64,000 bases of DNA. Origin: Eledone cirrhosa. Its lineage: Eukaryota. The stretch's first letter is position 1, and each line of letters starts with the position of its first letter. Positions 1 to 12,930 of this stretch are shown here, piece by piece. The notes beneath the pieces are model-generated. The model was given only the letters and a program-made list of their open reading frames with translations, was not told the origin of the DNA and ran no database searches. The stretch spans positions 278,628,001 to 278,692,000 of the forward strand of contig OZ024741.1 in the NCBI GenBank assembly GCA_964016885.1. Direction: 5' to 3'. A program made the position numbers and the translations under genes.

Positions 1-184
1 TCTGCTATTGTGAGGTTGTGGGTTCAGTTCTTCGACTGGGTGATGTGATTTTATGTTTCTCTTTCTGCCGGGAGTTATGACTGGTAGATAGTATCAGCAA
101 TAGAAAGAACAATGGAAATATTGTTTCCTTGGTCCAAGTGAGGTCAGGGACCTTGTCAATTGATTCGAACGATCAAATAATTGT

Positions 185-1650
185 TTCTACTTTAAGCACA
201 AGGCCAGCAATGTTGGGAGAAAGGAAAATCAATTAAATAGACCCCAGTGCATTACTGGTACTTTATTTTATCGATCCCCGTAAGGATGAAAGGCAAAACT
301 AACCTCAACGGGATTTGAACTCAGAACATAAAGGGCCGATCAAATAATGGTGGTTTGCTGAATACTTTATCTATGTTTTCTAAGTTGGGTATCTTATGGT
401 TGTGAGTTCACTGATGATATTGCTCTCTATAATTTTCTAGTTGCGAAGATAATGATTTTTATTTCAGACATAAGGCCGGCAAATTGTGGGGAAGAAAAAG
501 TCAGTTATATTGACCTGGTGTTTGATTGATACTTTATGCTATTGATTCCATAAAGATAAAAGACAAAGTTGACCTCGGTGGGATTTGAACTCACAATGTA
601 AAGGGACATAACTAAATGCCACAACGTGTATTGTCCATTGCTCTAATGATTTTGTCAATCCACTGCCCCATATACTTCATAAAATAATGGTTTCTGATTT
701 AGGCACAAGGCCAACAATTTTTGGGGAGGAGAAAGTCGATTAAATCAACCCCAGTGCATTACTGGTACTTTATTTTATTGACCCCGTAAGGATGAAGGGC
801 AAAGCTAACCTCGGCGGGATTTGAACTCAGAACATAAAGGGATGTAACTAAATGACACAAAACATGTCTGATGCTCTATTAATACTGCCAATACTACTTG
901 AACATGGATTGGCGTTCACTCGGGGTGGGTTGAACCGACTCCAACGAAGGAATTCACGGTGTAAGTTCATTTCAATGGAGTTTCTTTGGGCTATTGGTTT
1001 CACAAGTGGTGCCCAGCTGCAAGTATATGCACTTTAGGATAATGCAATCCAAGCATTGCATCCATTATAGCACTGAGCTCTCGCTTTCACACCCAACCCA
1101 ATTTGGTGGAACCAGTGCATGTTGGGGATGCATAGGAGGGCGTTTTGTCAGCAGAGGTGATAAACACAACCTATTTGAACCATTTTGTAGGCCAGCAGGA
1201 GCTCACCCCCCTGCCCAGCTCAGACATACCAACACTTGACATCACCCCTTATAGTTAATAAAATAATTGTTTCTACTTTTGGCGCAAGGCCAGCAATTAT
1301 CCCTGTGCATTACTGGTACTTTATTTTATCGACCCTGTAAGGATGAAAGGCAAAGTTAACCTTGGTGGGATTTGAACTCAGATCATAAAGGGCGGTGACA
1401 ATATGCTTGAAAGCATGGTGTCCGACCCTCTACCGATACTGCCAATCCGATTCCAGTTTAGGCACAAGGTCAACAAATTTGGGGGAGAAGAAAGGTTGAA
1501 CCATTACGTGACTGTTACTTTATCAGCATTGGAAGAATGAAAGGCAAAGTTAACCCCGGCAGGATTTGAACTTAGAACATAAAGAACCAGAAGAAATATT
1601 ACAAAGCATTTTTTTCTTTGGTTCTACTGATTCCACCAATCCATCACCTT
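185..1650 (-). mobile_element. Cluster of ~5 tRNA-derived SINE copies (family A, Nin/Deu-like core)
   Basis: Motif ...ggtactttattttatcgacccc.taaggatgaaaggcaaagttaacctcggcgggatttgaactcagaac recurs at ~185-345, 465-660, 695-900, 1270-1450 and 1460-1650. The reverse strand shows a B-box (GAGTTCAAATCC) followed by gcctttcatcctt..ggggtcgataaaat..agtaccag, similar to the recalled Nin/Deu SINE domain. Confidence 0.75.
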
Positions 1651-1699
1651 TACACTCTATAAAATAATAATCATGAAATCTACCAGAAGAAGAAACTGA

Positions 1700-1860
1700 T
1701 ATGTGAAATGAGATGCCACAGAACTATATCATGGGTATCTCCTACATGGGACACATGAGCAGCAAAAGAATACACATAGCAATCAGACAACATGTGGGAA
1801 ACTATGAAGACCTGCTAACTGCTATAAAAAAAAAAGAAATATGAGATTGGTTCATAAAAC
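1700..1860 (+). mobile_element. Degraded RTE-type LINE C-terminal remnant
   Basis: Translates to ...GISYMGHMSSKRIHIAIRQHVGNYEDLLTAIKKK.., resembling the RTE ORF C-terminus. Confidence 0.45.
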
Positions 1861-1884
1861 CCCCAATAGCTATCGATTAGATTC

Positions 1885-3370
1885 AACTGCCAGTGTCATT
1901 CCTCTGTTCAAAAAGGGTGACTGCACATCACCTGTGAACTATCGTCCAGTCAGTCTTACTAGCTGCACTGCCAAACTGATGGAATCCTGTGTCAGAGAAA
2001 CACTTTGGAACTTCTGGAACTCTCACAGTCTTATCTGGCCCTTGCAATTTGGATTTATCCCCAACTCCAGCTGCTGTGATTAACTTATCGAGTTTCTTGA
2101 AGACATCACCTGGATCACTGATGGCGGCTCATGGGTGGATGTTGTTTACCTTGACTTTGCGAAAGCTTTCAATTCTGTGCCACACAAAAGGCTTATGGCA
2201 AAACTCTCTGCAATGGGTGTGAAGGATGATCTTTTTAACTGGTTGAAGTCCTTCATTCTCAGTTGAAGAGAGGTAGTCATGGTTCTGGGACAGCATTCCT
2301 CACCATATGAGATGTCATCTGGTGTACCACAGGGATCTGTTCTTGGCCCCCTTTTGTTTGTGGCATATATTAATGACATAGATGCCATCTTAAAGAATGC
2401 CACAGTACTAAAGTACGCAGATGACATCAAGCTGTACCTTGAGATAAAAAGGACAGATCCTGAACACTATAGATCTTGCTTGCAGTCTGACCTTGACACG
2501 ATGCAACAATGGATCTCAGACTGGCAACTCAAGCTAGCTGTGGACAAGTGCACCACCATGCATTTTGGGAGTAAAAACCCAGCGTCCACATACTCCCTCC
2601 ACAGCACTAATATCAAGAAGTCTTCCCGTGAACGTGACCTGGGCATTACGGTCAGCAGCAATTTGTGTTGGACGAAGCACGTCTCTAAAATTGTCAAGAG
2701 GGCCGAGGGTGTCTTAGCATCACTTAGCAAGACCTTTGTCAGCCGCTCTCCAGCTATCTATTTAAGGCTGTACATGGCTATGGTGTGGCCACACTTAGAA
2801 TTTGCATCACCAGTCTGGAACCCCTATCTTGCTCAGAACATTGACCGCCTGGAAACTGTTCAGAGACATGCAACCAAGCGAATACTCTCCATCAGGCATC
2901 TACCATACTCTGTGCGCCTTGCTTCCCTGGGCATGGATACATTGAAGCTCCGACGCCTGGCAACTGACTTGGTAAACACCCACAAAATTGTTAACCATCT
3001 TGCCAACAACAACCCTGAGTACCTTTTTGATTTCCATGTGTCTAACACACATAGGCATGCCCACAAAGTCAGAAAACAGCACAGCTCCCATGACTTTCAG
3101 AAACATTTTTTCACGCTCAGAGTTGCTGAAGCATGGAACAAACTACCTGCATCGGTTGTTAGCTGTCGAGACACTGCATCCTTTAAAACCTCCATGCTTC
3201 CCGAGATTCGCCAACACTACACCTAATATTCCCCTCCACACACATGTATATCATGACTCATACACTACTCACTTCCCTGACATTTGTATATTATTCTATG
3301 TACTGTACATGCACCTTTGACGAGTTGTAGTGCACCTGAGCACTTTACACAATCATTTTATTATTATTAT
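1885..3370 (+). mobile_element. 5'-truncated CR1/L2-group LINE, reverse transcriptase pseudogene
   Basis: RT motifs NYRPVSLTS, YLDFAKAF, GVPQGSVLGPLLF, YADD, ERDLG and FFTLRV..WNKLP. In-frame stops near 2081 and 2265; (TTA)n tail at ~3357-3370. Confidence 0.9.
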
Positions 3371-3459
3371 AACTTATTTCATTTGTTAAATCTTCTTAAA
3401 GAAATTTGAATCTGTAGATTTCTGCCTATTAATCATGTTATTATATTTTGACTGGTAGG

Positions 3460-3875
3460 GTGGTGGATTGTTAGAATCAGTAGAGCATCAGACCACATGC
3501 TTTATGGCATTGAGTTTATGACCCATTACATTCTGAGTTCAAATCCGGCTGAGGTTAGCGTTGCCTTTCATCCTTACAGAATCAATGAAATAAAGTACCA
3601 GTAATGCACTGGTGTTTATTCAATTGACTTTCTCCTCCCCGAAAATTGTTGGCCTGGTACCTAAATCAGAAACCATTATATTTTGACAGATGGATTGGCA
3701 GTATCGGTAGAGTGTTGGACGCCATGCTTTGCAGCAAAGAGTTACGTCCCTTTATGGTCTGAGTTCAAATCCCGCCCAGGTTAACTTTGCCTTTCATCCT
3801 TACGGGGTCGATAGAATAAAGTACCAGTAATGTACTGGGTAATTGCTGGCCTTGTGCCAAATGTAAAAACAATTA
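3460..3875 (+). mobile_element. Two tandem family A SINE copies
   Basis: Same motif as 185-1650 but on the + strand, at ~3460-3680 and 3690-3875. Confidence 0.75.
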
Positions 3876-4129
3876 TATTTTGACAGGTTAACTTAATTTA
3901 ACCAATCAAATATTCTTACTAATTAACCCTTTCATTACTATATTTCTAATGAAATGCACTGAATTTTAATTAATTAATGAAGATTTTTGAGGGATTTACT
4001 AAAATTATAATTATTTTATTATTAAGAAAGTCTTTGTTGGTTTTAATATAAAATTATGTTGGGAGATTTTAATTTAGATGGGAACTCTTTAAAAGGGGTG
4101 ATTTTGTTTCATAGAACTAGAGGCAGTTT

Positions 4130-4400
4130 TAGTTGGGTTGGTACCAGATCAGGCATCTGCTTGCTACTGATACTATGTAACCTTGTACAATATGCTTTAT
4201 GGTTGAGTGGTCGGCAACTAAACTGGCTTCCCCACCAAACCCTGATGTGGTGAGGAGGGTAAGTGGAACCACAACAGCACAAAAAAGAGCTGTTAAAAGG
4301 GTAAAGGAACTCCACAGAGTCAATGGCCATCCACCCATCTATGGGTTTGTAGTGACTCCTAGTGGTGAGATCCGGAACTCATGAGAGTTGTGTCCCCATG
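4130..4400 (+). repeat. Dispersed repeat, probably LINE (RTE) 5'-UTR-derived; related copies at ~7100-7325 and ~31630-31900
   Basis: Shared gagggtaagtggaa...aaaagctgttaaaaggg...gctcctcagagtcaatggcc motif at three loci. Confidence 0.5.
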
Positions 4401-4959
4401 GGGACTATATATTGAGACCGTCAGAACTCTCTCCCTCTCTCTCTTTCACACGGCCAGCTGTCATGGAGTCAAGATACAGCTCTGCCTTGCCACTCGCAGC
4501 AGCCTTCACCACGACACATGGGATGCAGATTACCAGCCTACTCCAGTGAACATGTTGAGAGCACCTCTCCTCACTTTAGTCTCAATCTAATAAGCCAACT
4601 ACACCATCACAGCTTGTGGTAAAATATGTATTGTTCTATTTTTGACTTTCATCAAGTAAACCTTTATATATAAACTAAAAACATTTACCTTATACAATAC
4701 ATTTCTCCTAAATTAAATCAGCCTTTCACCTTGTTTTTAAAACATTAAAATATATATATATAATAACCATTTCTTCTAAAGATTAAATCGCCTCACCAAC
4801 TGACATGACCAAAGCCTAATTGAAAGCAGTGGAGGTCAACTAGGGAGGGTTTCCTCTATCAGGAGTGAGAAGGCTCTGGATTGGATTGGTATCAACCAGA
4901 TTAATACTTGTTAATATTACCAAACAGATAAATATTGTATTTTACAAATAAATATTGTA

Positions 4960-5290
4960 GGCAGCGAATTGGGAGAGTCATTAGAACATCCGATAGAATG
5001 CTTTGCAGTATTCATTTTGGCTCTCTACTATCTGAATTCAGATCCAGCTGAGGTCAACTTTCCTCCATTCAAGGCCGATCAAAAAAGTACCTATCAAGGG
5101 GTCAATTTTTCTTCTATATCTCTTTCTCATTTCCATTTCTTCACCCTTTATCCTTCTCAGGAAGAAATCTACTATACTCAGATCTGGAGAGTGTTGGATT
5201 CTGCCAGATTTTAAAAATGCCCTAGAAATGTCATATGGCTCTATGGTGTCCCTACGACTTTCTCGGGAATTATGGAACCATGCATGCAAA
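4960..5290 (+). mobile_element. Family A SINE, long-tailed variant (similar copies at 6560-6850 +, 13110-13410 -, 13620-13950 +)
   Basis: Family A head followed by a shared tail ...tatatctctttctca...ctggaagaa...cagatctgga...ggagttaca. Confidence 0.6.
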
Positions 5291-5956
5291 TATTGTATTT
5301 CATAGACGTTTTTGTTCTAAACATACAGGTGTGAATTCTTAGTCCATAAATCTTTATTTGAATTAAAATATCTTGGATAGTTATTGTCCATAGTTAAGAT
5401 GGACATAGTTTTCTTGGTTGACGTTTGGTAGTTTTGACTCCCTAGAATTGTCTGGAATTAGTTGATAACTCAACAGAGGAATGGAGGGTAATGTATGTAT
5501 TGTATTACAACTACTTTGGCATGTATTGTTTGTTTCTGTTTCATACTAGAACACTATTTTTTTAAAAATCCTACATAAAAAAAACACACACACAAAAAAC
5601 TCCTACCTAAAAGACAAAACAATATTTATTGAAGGACCAGCATCGTATCAAATATGCAAATAATGCTTTACAGTTTGTCTTTATATAAGTTTGACAACTG
5701 CTCAGAATTAATGGAGTTTTTTTGGGTTTTTTAAATCCCATTTTTTAAATGATGATGATGATTTTAAAAATATATTTTTTCTCTTTTTAATTTAGATTAT
5801 ATTACAATGCTAGAATGGCAATCCATTCAGCTATTTCACATTGCAGTATAATGACTGTTATGTTATTCAAATGATGATGTTATGCCTGTGTTATACCTTT
5901 TTTTTAAATCTTGCATTTTTGTATTCTTTTATTTTTTGTTATTTTTTTTTATTCAG

Positions 5957-6078
5957 ATCTATATTATGCTCCTCGAGTTAATACCATTAACGATTACCTC
6001 CAATATATTGATACACTGCCTCATACTGATGAACCAGAAATCTTTGGCATGCATCAGAATGCCAACGTAACCTTTCAT
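5957..6078 (+). CDS. DNAH6: Axonemal dynein heavy chain (DNAH6-like), internal exon (first one visible in window)
   Basis: ttttattcag acceptor, CAT|GTAAGA donor. Encodes (D)LYYAPRVNTINDYLQYIDTLPHTDEPEIFGMHQNANVTFH, the PEIFGMHxNAN motif after AAA6 in dynein heavy chains. Paralogue assigned from recalled human DNAH6 sequence. Confidence 0.9.
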
Positions 6079-7409
6079 GTAAGACATTATTCATAAATTA
6101 AAAATCTTTATTCATATCTAGCTATTTCCTGACATATTTCATTTATTCAAAATGTAGTACAGATAAATTTGTAGATTAAAATATAAATACTGTGTGATCA
6201 TGTTAATATAAATTAATGAATGTATTACATATTATAATTATTTAACTTTTTGGGGGAATAAGATAATAAGGAGGAAACAAACCAATAATATATTTCTCAT
6301 GTTTATTAATTCAAGAGGAAAGCTCATACAATATAACCTTTTGCTATCATCCTTGGCAATGCTACAAGACTGTTGTCTCATCTAAAACATTATTAGAGGG
6401 AGTCTCCAGCACTTCTTCTCATGGTGTGTGATTGAGTGTGTGGGTCTCCACCCTCCTCAACACATTTTTGGTTCTTCTTTTTATTCTCCACACTCCCTTT
6501 TCCTCCTTAATACCCTGCTCTTTTTTGGTACCATATATATCTGCATAGTCTAATCTTGAGAATTATTAGACCCTCAGATATAATGCTTTTCTGTATTTGT
6601 TTCGGCTCTCTGTTCAAATCCTGCTGGGGTCAACTTTGCCTTTCCTCCATTCGAGGTCAATAAAAAATGTACCAGTCAATTCTTCCTCTATATCTCTTTC
6701 TCACTTCCATTCTCTCATGTTCTATCCTTTTCTGGAAGAAGTCTGCTGTACTCAGGCCTGGAGAGGGATGAGCTCTGCCAATGCCATGTGTCAATATGTC
6801 TCCCCTATGACTCCCTTAGGAGTTACAGGACTATGTATGTATAGTCTAATTCCTTATATAAATCGTAATGACATATATATAAAGACACATTATTGTATCA
6901 AAAGAGATTTATTTAGTGTTTTCTGCTCACTTCTAGTCAATCGAATGAATTTCCATCTTATAACTGTCATATCTATTTTTAAAACATTTACTGCTTTGGT
7001 GTTTACTACATGATGTGGCAATAATCTATTAAAAAATGACATTAAATATTTGTGATTTATTTTTTTTTTTTCAAGACCTGTAATTCCTGATGATGTCGTA
7101 GGGGCACCTTAGCGACATACAGGGTTTATTGGGCATTTAAAACCGGCTGAGGCCACCCCCTCTCCAGGTGTGAACACAGTCAATATGTTACTACTATAGT
7201 CTGAGACTATCCCACCCCCTCCCCAGGTGTGATTACAGTCTATATGGAGGGTAAGTGGAATTGCAGCAGTACAAAAAACAAAAGCTGTTAAAAGGGTGGA
7301 TGAGCTCCTCAGAGTCAATAGCCTAAATATGGGTTATATATGGTTAAATATGGGTTAAATAGCCTCACCACCACGCAATTGGCTAACTGTGGTGAGTATG
7401 AATACACTC

Positions 7410-7499
7410 CTGACATGACCAAAACAAAACAGAAAGTGGTGGAGGTCTACCAGCGACGGGTTCCTCCAATAGGTGTGAGAAGGCCCTGAATTGGATTGG

Positions 7500-7531
<32 letters not shown>

Positions 7532-7630
7532 TACACCCCTGATGTGACCAAAACGAAACAGAAAGCAATGCAAGACAATCAGGGAGGAATTCATCCAACA
7601 GGAGTGAGAAGGCCCTGGATTGGATTGGAT
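7410..7630 (+). repeat. Two tandem copies of a ~90-bp repeat ending in (GGATT)n; third copy at ~4800-4890
   Basis: tgacatgaccaaa...aggagtgagaaggccctggattggattgga repeated; probably short retroelement 3' ends. Confidence 0.55.
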
Positions 7631-7858
7631 AATCCAAGTTTATATAAGTCATGGTTTTCTGTAAACTTGCAATAATTGTATAGTTTTTAAAAAATAAAAG
7701 TGGAATTTCCATGGGTGCTACTGGTTTAGATTTAAATATAGATGCAAAACTAAAATAATTAAAATAATTGTATTATGTATGCTAAAATTCAATATAGATG
7801 TAAAACTTGTTATAAAGTGATTGACTTGAATGTTTGTTTGTGTATATATATATATATA

Positions 7859-8643
7859 CTAGCAGCAGTACCCAGCATTGCCTGGGTAGGTAAAATAATA
7901 TCTGCTTTGATGAAAAGGTGTTGATCTTAGCGATGACTCATCTATGGCCACACAGGCCATGCAGGGGAGGGTGGTGATGACCTCTATCACTGAGAAATGC
8001 GGGTGACTGACGCAGAGGCATGCTGGGGGAGGGAGTTTCGAATTTGAACAAAATCGGTTGAAAAATGTGAGAGCTAGAGCCGAAAAGGCGGAAATTTGAG
8101 TGAAAAGGTGGTATTTTCGAATATTTAAGCGGCTGCCATGCCGTTCCTGAACAAAAGATCCAAAATGTAAAGCCACTTTAAGACGTGAAATAATCAGATC
8201 TAGCGTAGTGTAAAATTTGAACAAAGTATGTTGATTAATGTGGGAGCTAGAGCCGAAAAAGTGGAAATTTGAGTCTAAAAGTGGTATTTTTGAATATTTA
8301 AGTGGCTGCCACACCGTCCCTGAACAACAAATGCAAAATATTACAGGATGTGCAATGATAAATTCTATTTTGCTTTAAAATTTGAACAAAATTGGTGGCA
8401 AAATGTGGGAGCTAGAGCCAAAAATCTTATTTTTCGATACCTAAAAAAAGGTGACCCCCCCCCTATCGATTTTTATCAGCAGAATGACCCCGGAATAAAA
8501 AAAACGATACGCTGATATATAGAAAACACTCCCCGTTGATTAATCTATGAGCCTGTAAAGTTTCATGAAAATCGATCGTAAGATGTAGGCCCCTATAGGT
8601 AATACACACACACACACACATACTTAATTTTATATATATACTG

Positions 8644-8644
<1 letters not shown>
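7859..8644 (-). mobile_element. Non-autonomous Helitron
   Basis: Minus strand begins A|TCAGTATATATATAAAAT and ends with the hairpin ACCCAGGCAATGCTGGGT, ~7 nt, then CTAG|T. Three internal ~170-bp repeats near 8040, 8215 and 8380. Confidence 0.8.
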
Positions 8645-8684
<40 letters not shown>

Positions 8685-8755
8685 CATATGTGAGTATATG
8701 TGTGAAAAAACAAATATCATAGTGTTGAAACTTTCTTTCTATCACCATTTTAAAG

Positions 8756-8926
8756 ACACAAGACTCAATTAACATTGTCACTGCTATTCTTGCCATGCAA
8801 CCAAGAATGGTGGATGGAGGAGTAATGAAATCAGGTGATACTATTGTACTGGAGCTGATTGATAGTATTGAAAAGAAAATTATGGACAAGCTTGATCTTC
8901 AACTTGCTGATAAAATTATCTTTGAG
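8756..8926 (+). CDS. DNAH6: DNAH6-like exon (phase 0-0), GC donor
   Basis: ccattttaaag acceptor. Encodes TQDSINIVTAILAMQPRMVDGGVMKSGDTIVLELIDSIEKKIMDKLDLQLADKIIFE (57 aa, ILxxQPR motif). Ends GAG|GCAAGT. Missing from the ORF track, translated by hand. Confidence 0.85.
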
Positions 8927-9039
8927 GCAAGTATTTCCTCTAAATATTTCATATCTATCTAGTCATCCATTTTGAAGCATGCTTTTGAATTGTTGACTGG
9001 GTTTTTGTACATTTTGTATTTTCTTTCTAAGTACAACAC

Positions 9040-9295
9040 ATTGTGTTCTTGAGCAAGACACTTTATATCATGTTGCTCCAGTTCACTCAACTGTAGAAAT
9101 GGGTTGTGACATCACTGGTACCAAGCTGTATTTGCCATTGCTTTTCCCTTGGACAACATCAGTTGTGTGGAGAGAGGAGACTGGTATGCATGGGTGACTG
9201 TTGGTTTTCCATAAACAATTTTGTCAAGACTTGTGCTTTTGAGGGGAACATTCTAGGTGAAAATCCCATGGCCATTCATGACCGAAGGGGTCATT
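9040..9295 (+). mobile_element. Family B SINE (CORE-like), 5'-truncated
   Basis: tgtgttcttgagcaagacacttta..ttgctccagttcactcaactgtagaaatg core, shared with 14880-15200, 33888 and 38260. Confidence 0.65.
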
Positions 9296-10519
9296 AACTT
9301 TTACTCTAATCTCTATGGCTCATTCCTTCTCCCACACACAGCCAAAAAATACCTAACCTCAAATCCTCCATATTGTTAATTTGTACCTGCACTGCAACAT
9401 GACTATCAAAAAACATTATCTACAGCACTTCAAAAAAAACAAAAACAAAAAACATTATCCAACTTTAGAAACTGGATTGTTTTTACTTAGTATTGCAAGA
9501 GCATTATTAAAATTGTAGATTTCTTCATGCATCACACAATCTGCAAGCATTGCAGCCTCCCAAACTGCTGATGTTTCTTCTGATTCTTTGCCAAATTTAT
9601 GGTATCTTCCACTTCTCAACCATGAGAAACTGTGCTGTCACAGAGAAAGCCACCATATTTGCTGTCTAATTTTGCATACAACTCTACACTGGTAACACTT
9701 AGTTTAAAATTACTCCAAAGTTTTCCCTTTCTACTTTACCAACTTTACATACAACCCATGTGCAAAAGCACCTCTGGTCACTTCAAACCAGCAAGGTTAC
9801 CAGCCTTGACCCTGTTTATTCAAATAATTGTTTCTACTTTTGGCACAAGGCCAGCAATTATCCCAGTACATTACTGGTGCTTTATTTTATCGATCCAGTA
9901 AGGAGGGAAGGCAAAGTTAATCTTGGCGAGATTTGAACTCCGAGGTTAACTTTGCCTGTTTCTTCAAATAATGTGGTTCAGGATCCCCCCCTCTCTCTCT
10001 CCAACTGTCCATCATTCTGTCTGTCTGTCATAATCCTTGTCCAAAATAATCACTTCTGCAAACGTTTTTCCTCAAGAAATCCAGAGCAGTTTTGAAAATG
10101 ACCCCCCCCCCCCCCCCCCGCCCCTCCAAAATAATAAAGAAGCTTATAACTTCAAATTAATTATTTTCTAAAATTCTATTTATCTATTTGCTCTGTGTAT
10201 ATATAAAAAAAAGTCTGCCTGACAGTATGAAAGAAGTAACTTAAGGGGTGTTGTACTGAATGTCTTAAACAAAAAATTCTTAATTAATTGAAAATTACCT
10301 CTCAGTTGGAGAAAGAAAACAAAAACCTAGTGGCAATTGTTACTGACTTTCAAAGACAAGGGAAGATAATTTCAAGAAATTTAGAATTTATTTCACAACA
10401 TTCATTATACAAGCTTAGGGGGAAATGTTATTGTTACAGGCAAAGGGACAGCTATGGGCATGTTTTGGCTCTTATCAACTTACTATATACTGCGTCTCAT
10501 AAAACCTTTCTTTTTACAG

Positions 10520-10606
10520 CTTGATGACAAAGGGCGAATGAATTCATTGACTACAGTTTTAGGACAAGAGGTTGATCGCTTCAATAAACTACTTTCTGTT
10601 ATGAAG
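10520..10606 (+). CDS. DNAH6: DNAH6-like exon (phase 0-0)
   Basis: tttttacag acceptor, AAG|GTAATC donor. Encodes [29 protein letters not shown]; [18 protein letters not shown] matches DNAH6 as recalled. Confidence 0.92.
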
Positions 10607-11879
10607 GTAATCAGATTTCAGAGTATTTTTCATTACATTTAGCTCAACAAAATATTTCCAGTAAATTGATTTCACAGGAGAAGAAACTAAAATTCAATAT
10701 ATCTTGCATAATTCCATACCATTTTTTGAAGCTTATTTACAAACCTTTTGTATAGTAAGGAATTTTAATGAAGGTGCACTGCCTCATTACTTTTGTTAGT
10801 CTTAAATGAACCCTGATTAATCAGATTTCCATTCAAAAGTGTTCTACCTATGACCATCTTATGTTTTCAGTCATATCATACTTAGGACTGCATCATCTAA
10901 TGTGTTAGTTCTTCTTTAAGACAACAGGACATGATTTGAGTGAGATTTGGCTGCTGTTTCTTGCAGGTTGAGTAACCATGTGGTTCCTCAAGAATTAAAT
11001 GATGAAATCTAGTGAGACTGTTATCAAGGCTGCAAATAGATGAGAAGATTTTTTTTTCCCTAGAAAAATGTCCAATATTAGTTTGAGGGATATTTCAAGA
11101 CAATGTTTCCTATAATAAAGTCTTCTCCATCCTGTCGGGTGGGAACACGAGGCAGACCGTCTCTTAGTTTTATTTATTGTGGTCACATATGGAATAGAGT
11201 TACTTCCATAAGCATGACTACATTGATAGCAATGCTGTTAGACTGTATAATATAAGATTGTTACTGATAGTCATGTGTCTTTGTACCTGATTTAACCCTC
11301 TAACATTTACATTACTCTACTATTGTATTTTTGTGGTAAAGGCTTTATCTTACATAATTCATCATCATCACCATTTTACGCAAATTAGTATGTCCATTTC
11401 AGAGTAATACTAAGAGTGAATGGATATACATACCTATCAAATATATGTTTCCAGGTGGTTGATTGGATGATATACATGTCTTCTGATAAGGGTTGAATAA
11501 GATATGAAAATTGATTAAAGATATTTATAATTTTTTCAATTTACAGGGAAATCGTTATTTCCTAGCATGTTTACATGTCTACATATTAGATCTGTGTATA
11601 TTTATATACATGTTGTTGCAGTCTCAGTTACACACTCTGTATATATACAGATATAGCTTTATCATACATTTCAGCTGCTCGGGCACTTCTTAATAATGTT
11701 TTCTATGTTAGAAGTTGCCAGAGTAGAACTATTTTGAAATTTGAATCTGAATCAACAAAGAGTGAGGGTACCAAACCAGTTGAGTTAGTGACACAGTTAG
11801 GGGTTAGGTGGAGAATAGTTTGTACCACTTTATTCTGATTTCAAATCTCGCTAAGATTCATGGTATTAGCTAGTCATCA

Positions 11880-12930
11880 TCTATGGTTCGCTGGATATGT
11901 GGAGTCCACATGTCTTCTCTTTACCAAAAATTAAAGATACCAAAAATTAAAGATACTCTGTTTTAAGATCACACAGACTGCATTGGTTTGGACATGAGAA
12001 CTGTAGTGGTGGGTGGATACAGTGATGAAGCAAGATTGTGGCCCCTGGTAGACAGGAAAGTGGGAGCCCATCATCATTTAACACATATTTTCCCTGCTAG
12101 CAAGGGTTAAGTAAGTTTTCACAGACCTTGTCAGTACTCAAGCAGAGCTACTGACCTCTAAGATAGGCCGAGGGCCTAGATGTTGTTTAGATATGTTTCA
12201 TGCTTAACCAAGTACATTTTATCATAGCACAGCACTAGGGAGGTTATCATGTTTTTGACACAGCTGAAAATTCCTCCCAAGCACCAATTTAAGACAGGCT
12301 TGCTAGTGTAATCAAGTGTAATTGGTATTTATAATATCTAATATAATTACATTAACACTTTAGCAGAGTTGTAAAAATAAATGTCTGTAATCTTATAGAT
12401 TATTGATAGATATTCTATTGATTCTCACAATGATCATTCAGTTGTTTTGATCAACTGAATGCCTGATTTATTAAATTAATATCTAAGTGGCTGAGTATTC
12501 CACAGACACCCTTAATGTAATTCTCAACTGATTCAGCATGACACAATATATGACAAAGCTGAACCTTTGAATTACAAATGTAAGCTATGGTTCATTGGAT
12601 ATGTGGAGTCCACATGGCATCTCTCTACCAAAAATTAAAGATGCCTGCACTGTTTTAAGATCATTCAGACTGCATTGGTTTGGATATGTTAACTGTAGTG
12701 GTGGGTGAATACATTGATGTACCAAGATTGTGGTTCCTAGTTGACAAGGAAAGGGGGCTCCCACATAAAACTTGGGAAGAGGTAATCAGGGATGATCTGA
12801 AAGCTTGGAACCTGGACCAAAACCTTTCCCTGGAATGAACACTATGAAGAGATGCTTTGAGAGAAGCTACCTATATGTCCAATGTTTGTGACAAGTAAAG
12901 ATGTTAAACCAAATGATGATGATGATGAAG
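11880..12930 (+). mobile_element. Two copies (11880-12070 and 12585-12930) of a degraded RTE LINE 3' fragment
   Basis: Both begin ctatggttc..tggatatgtggagtccacatg, with RLHWFG- and GAPT.TWEEVI-like residues; (GAT)n tail at ~12913-12927. Confidence 0.65.

Noticed and set aside
2279-3226. 315-aa RT ORF as a domesticated gene
   Set aside because: It is the stop-free tail of a 5'-truncated LINE with upstream in-frame stops and its own 3' tail.
5796-5875. Possible extra exon after a polypyrimidine tract and AG
   Set aside because: No frame resembles the expected upstream dynein sequence (YGGRVTD region), which probably lies before the window.
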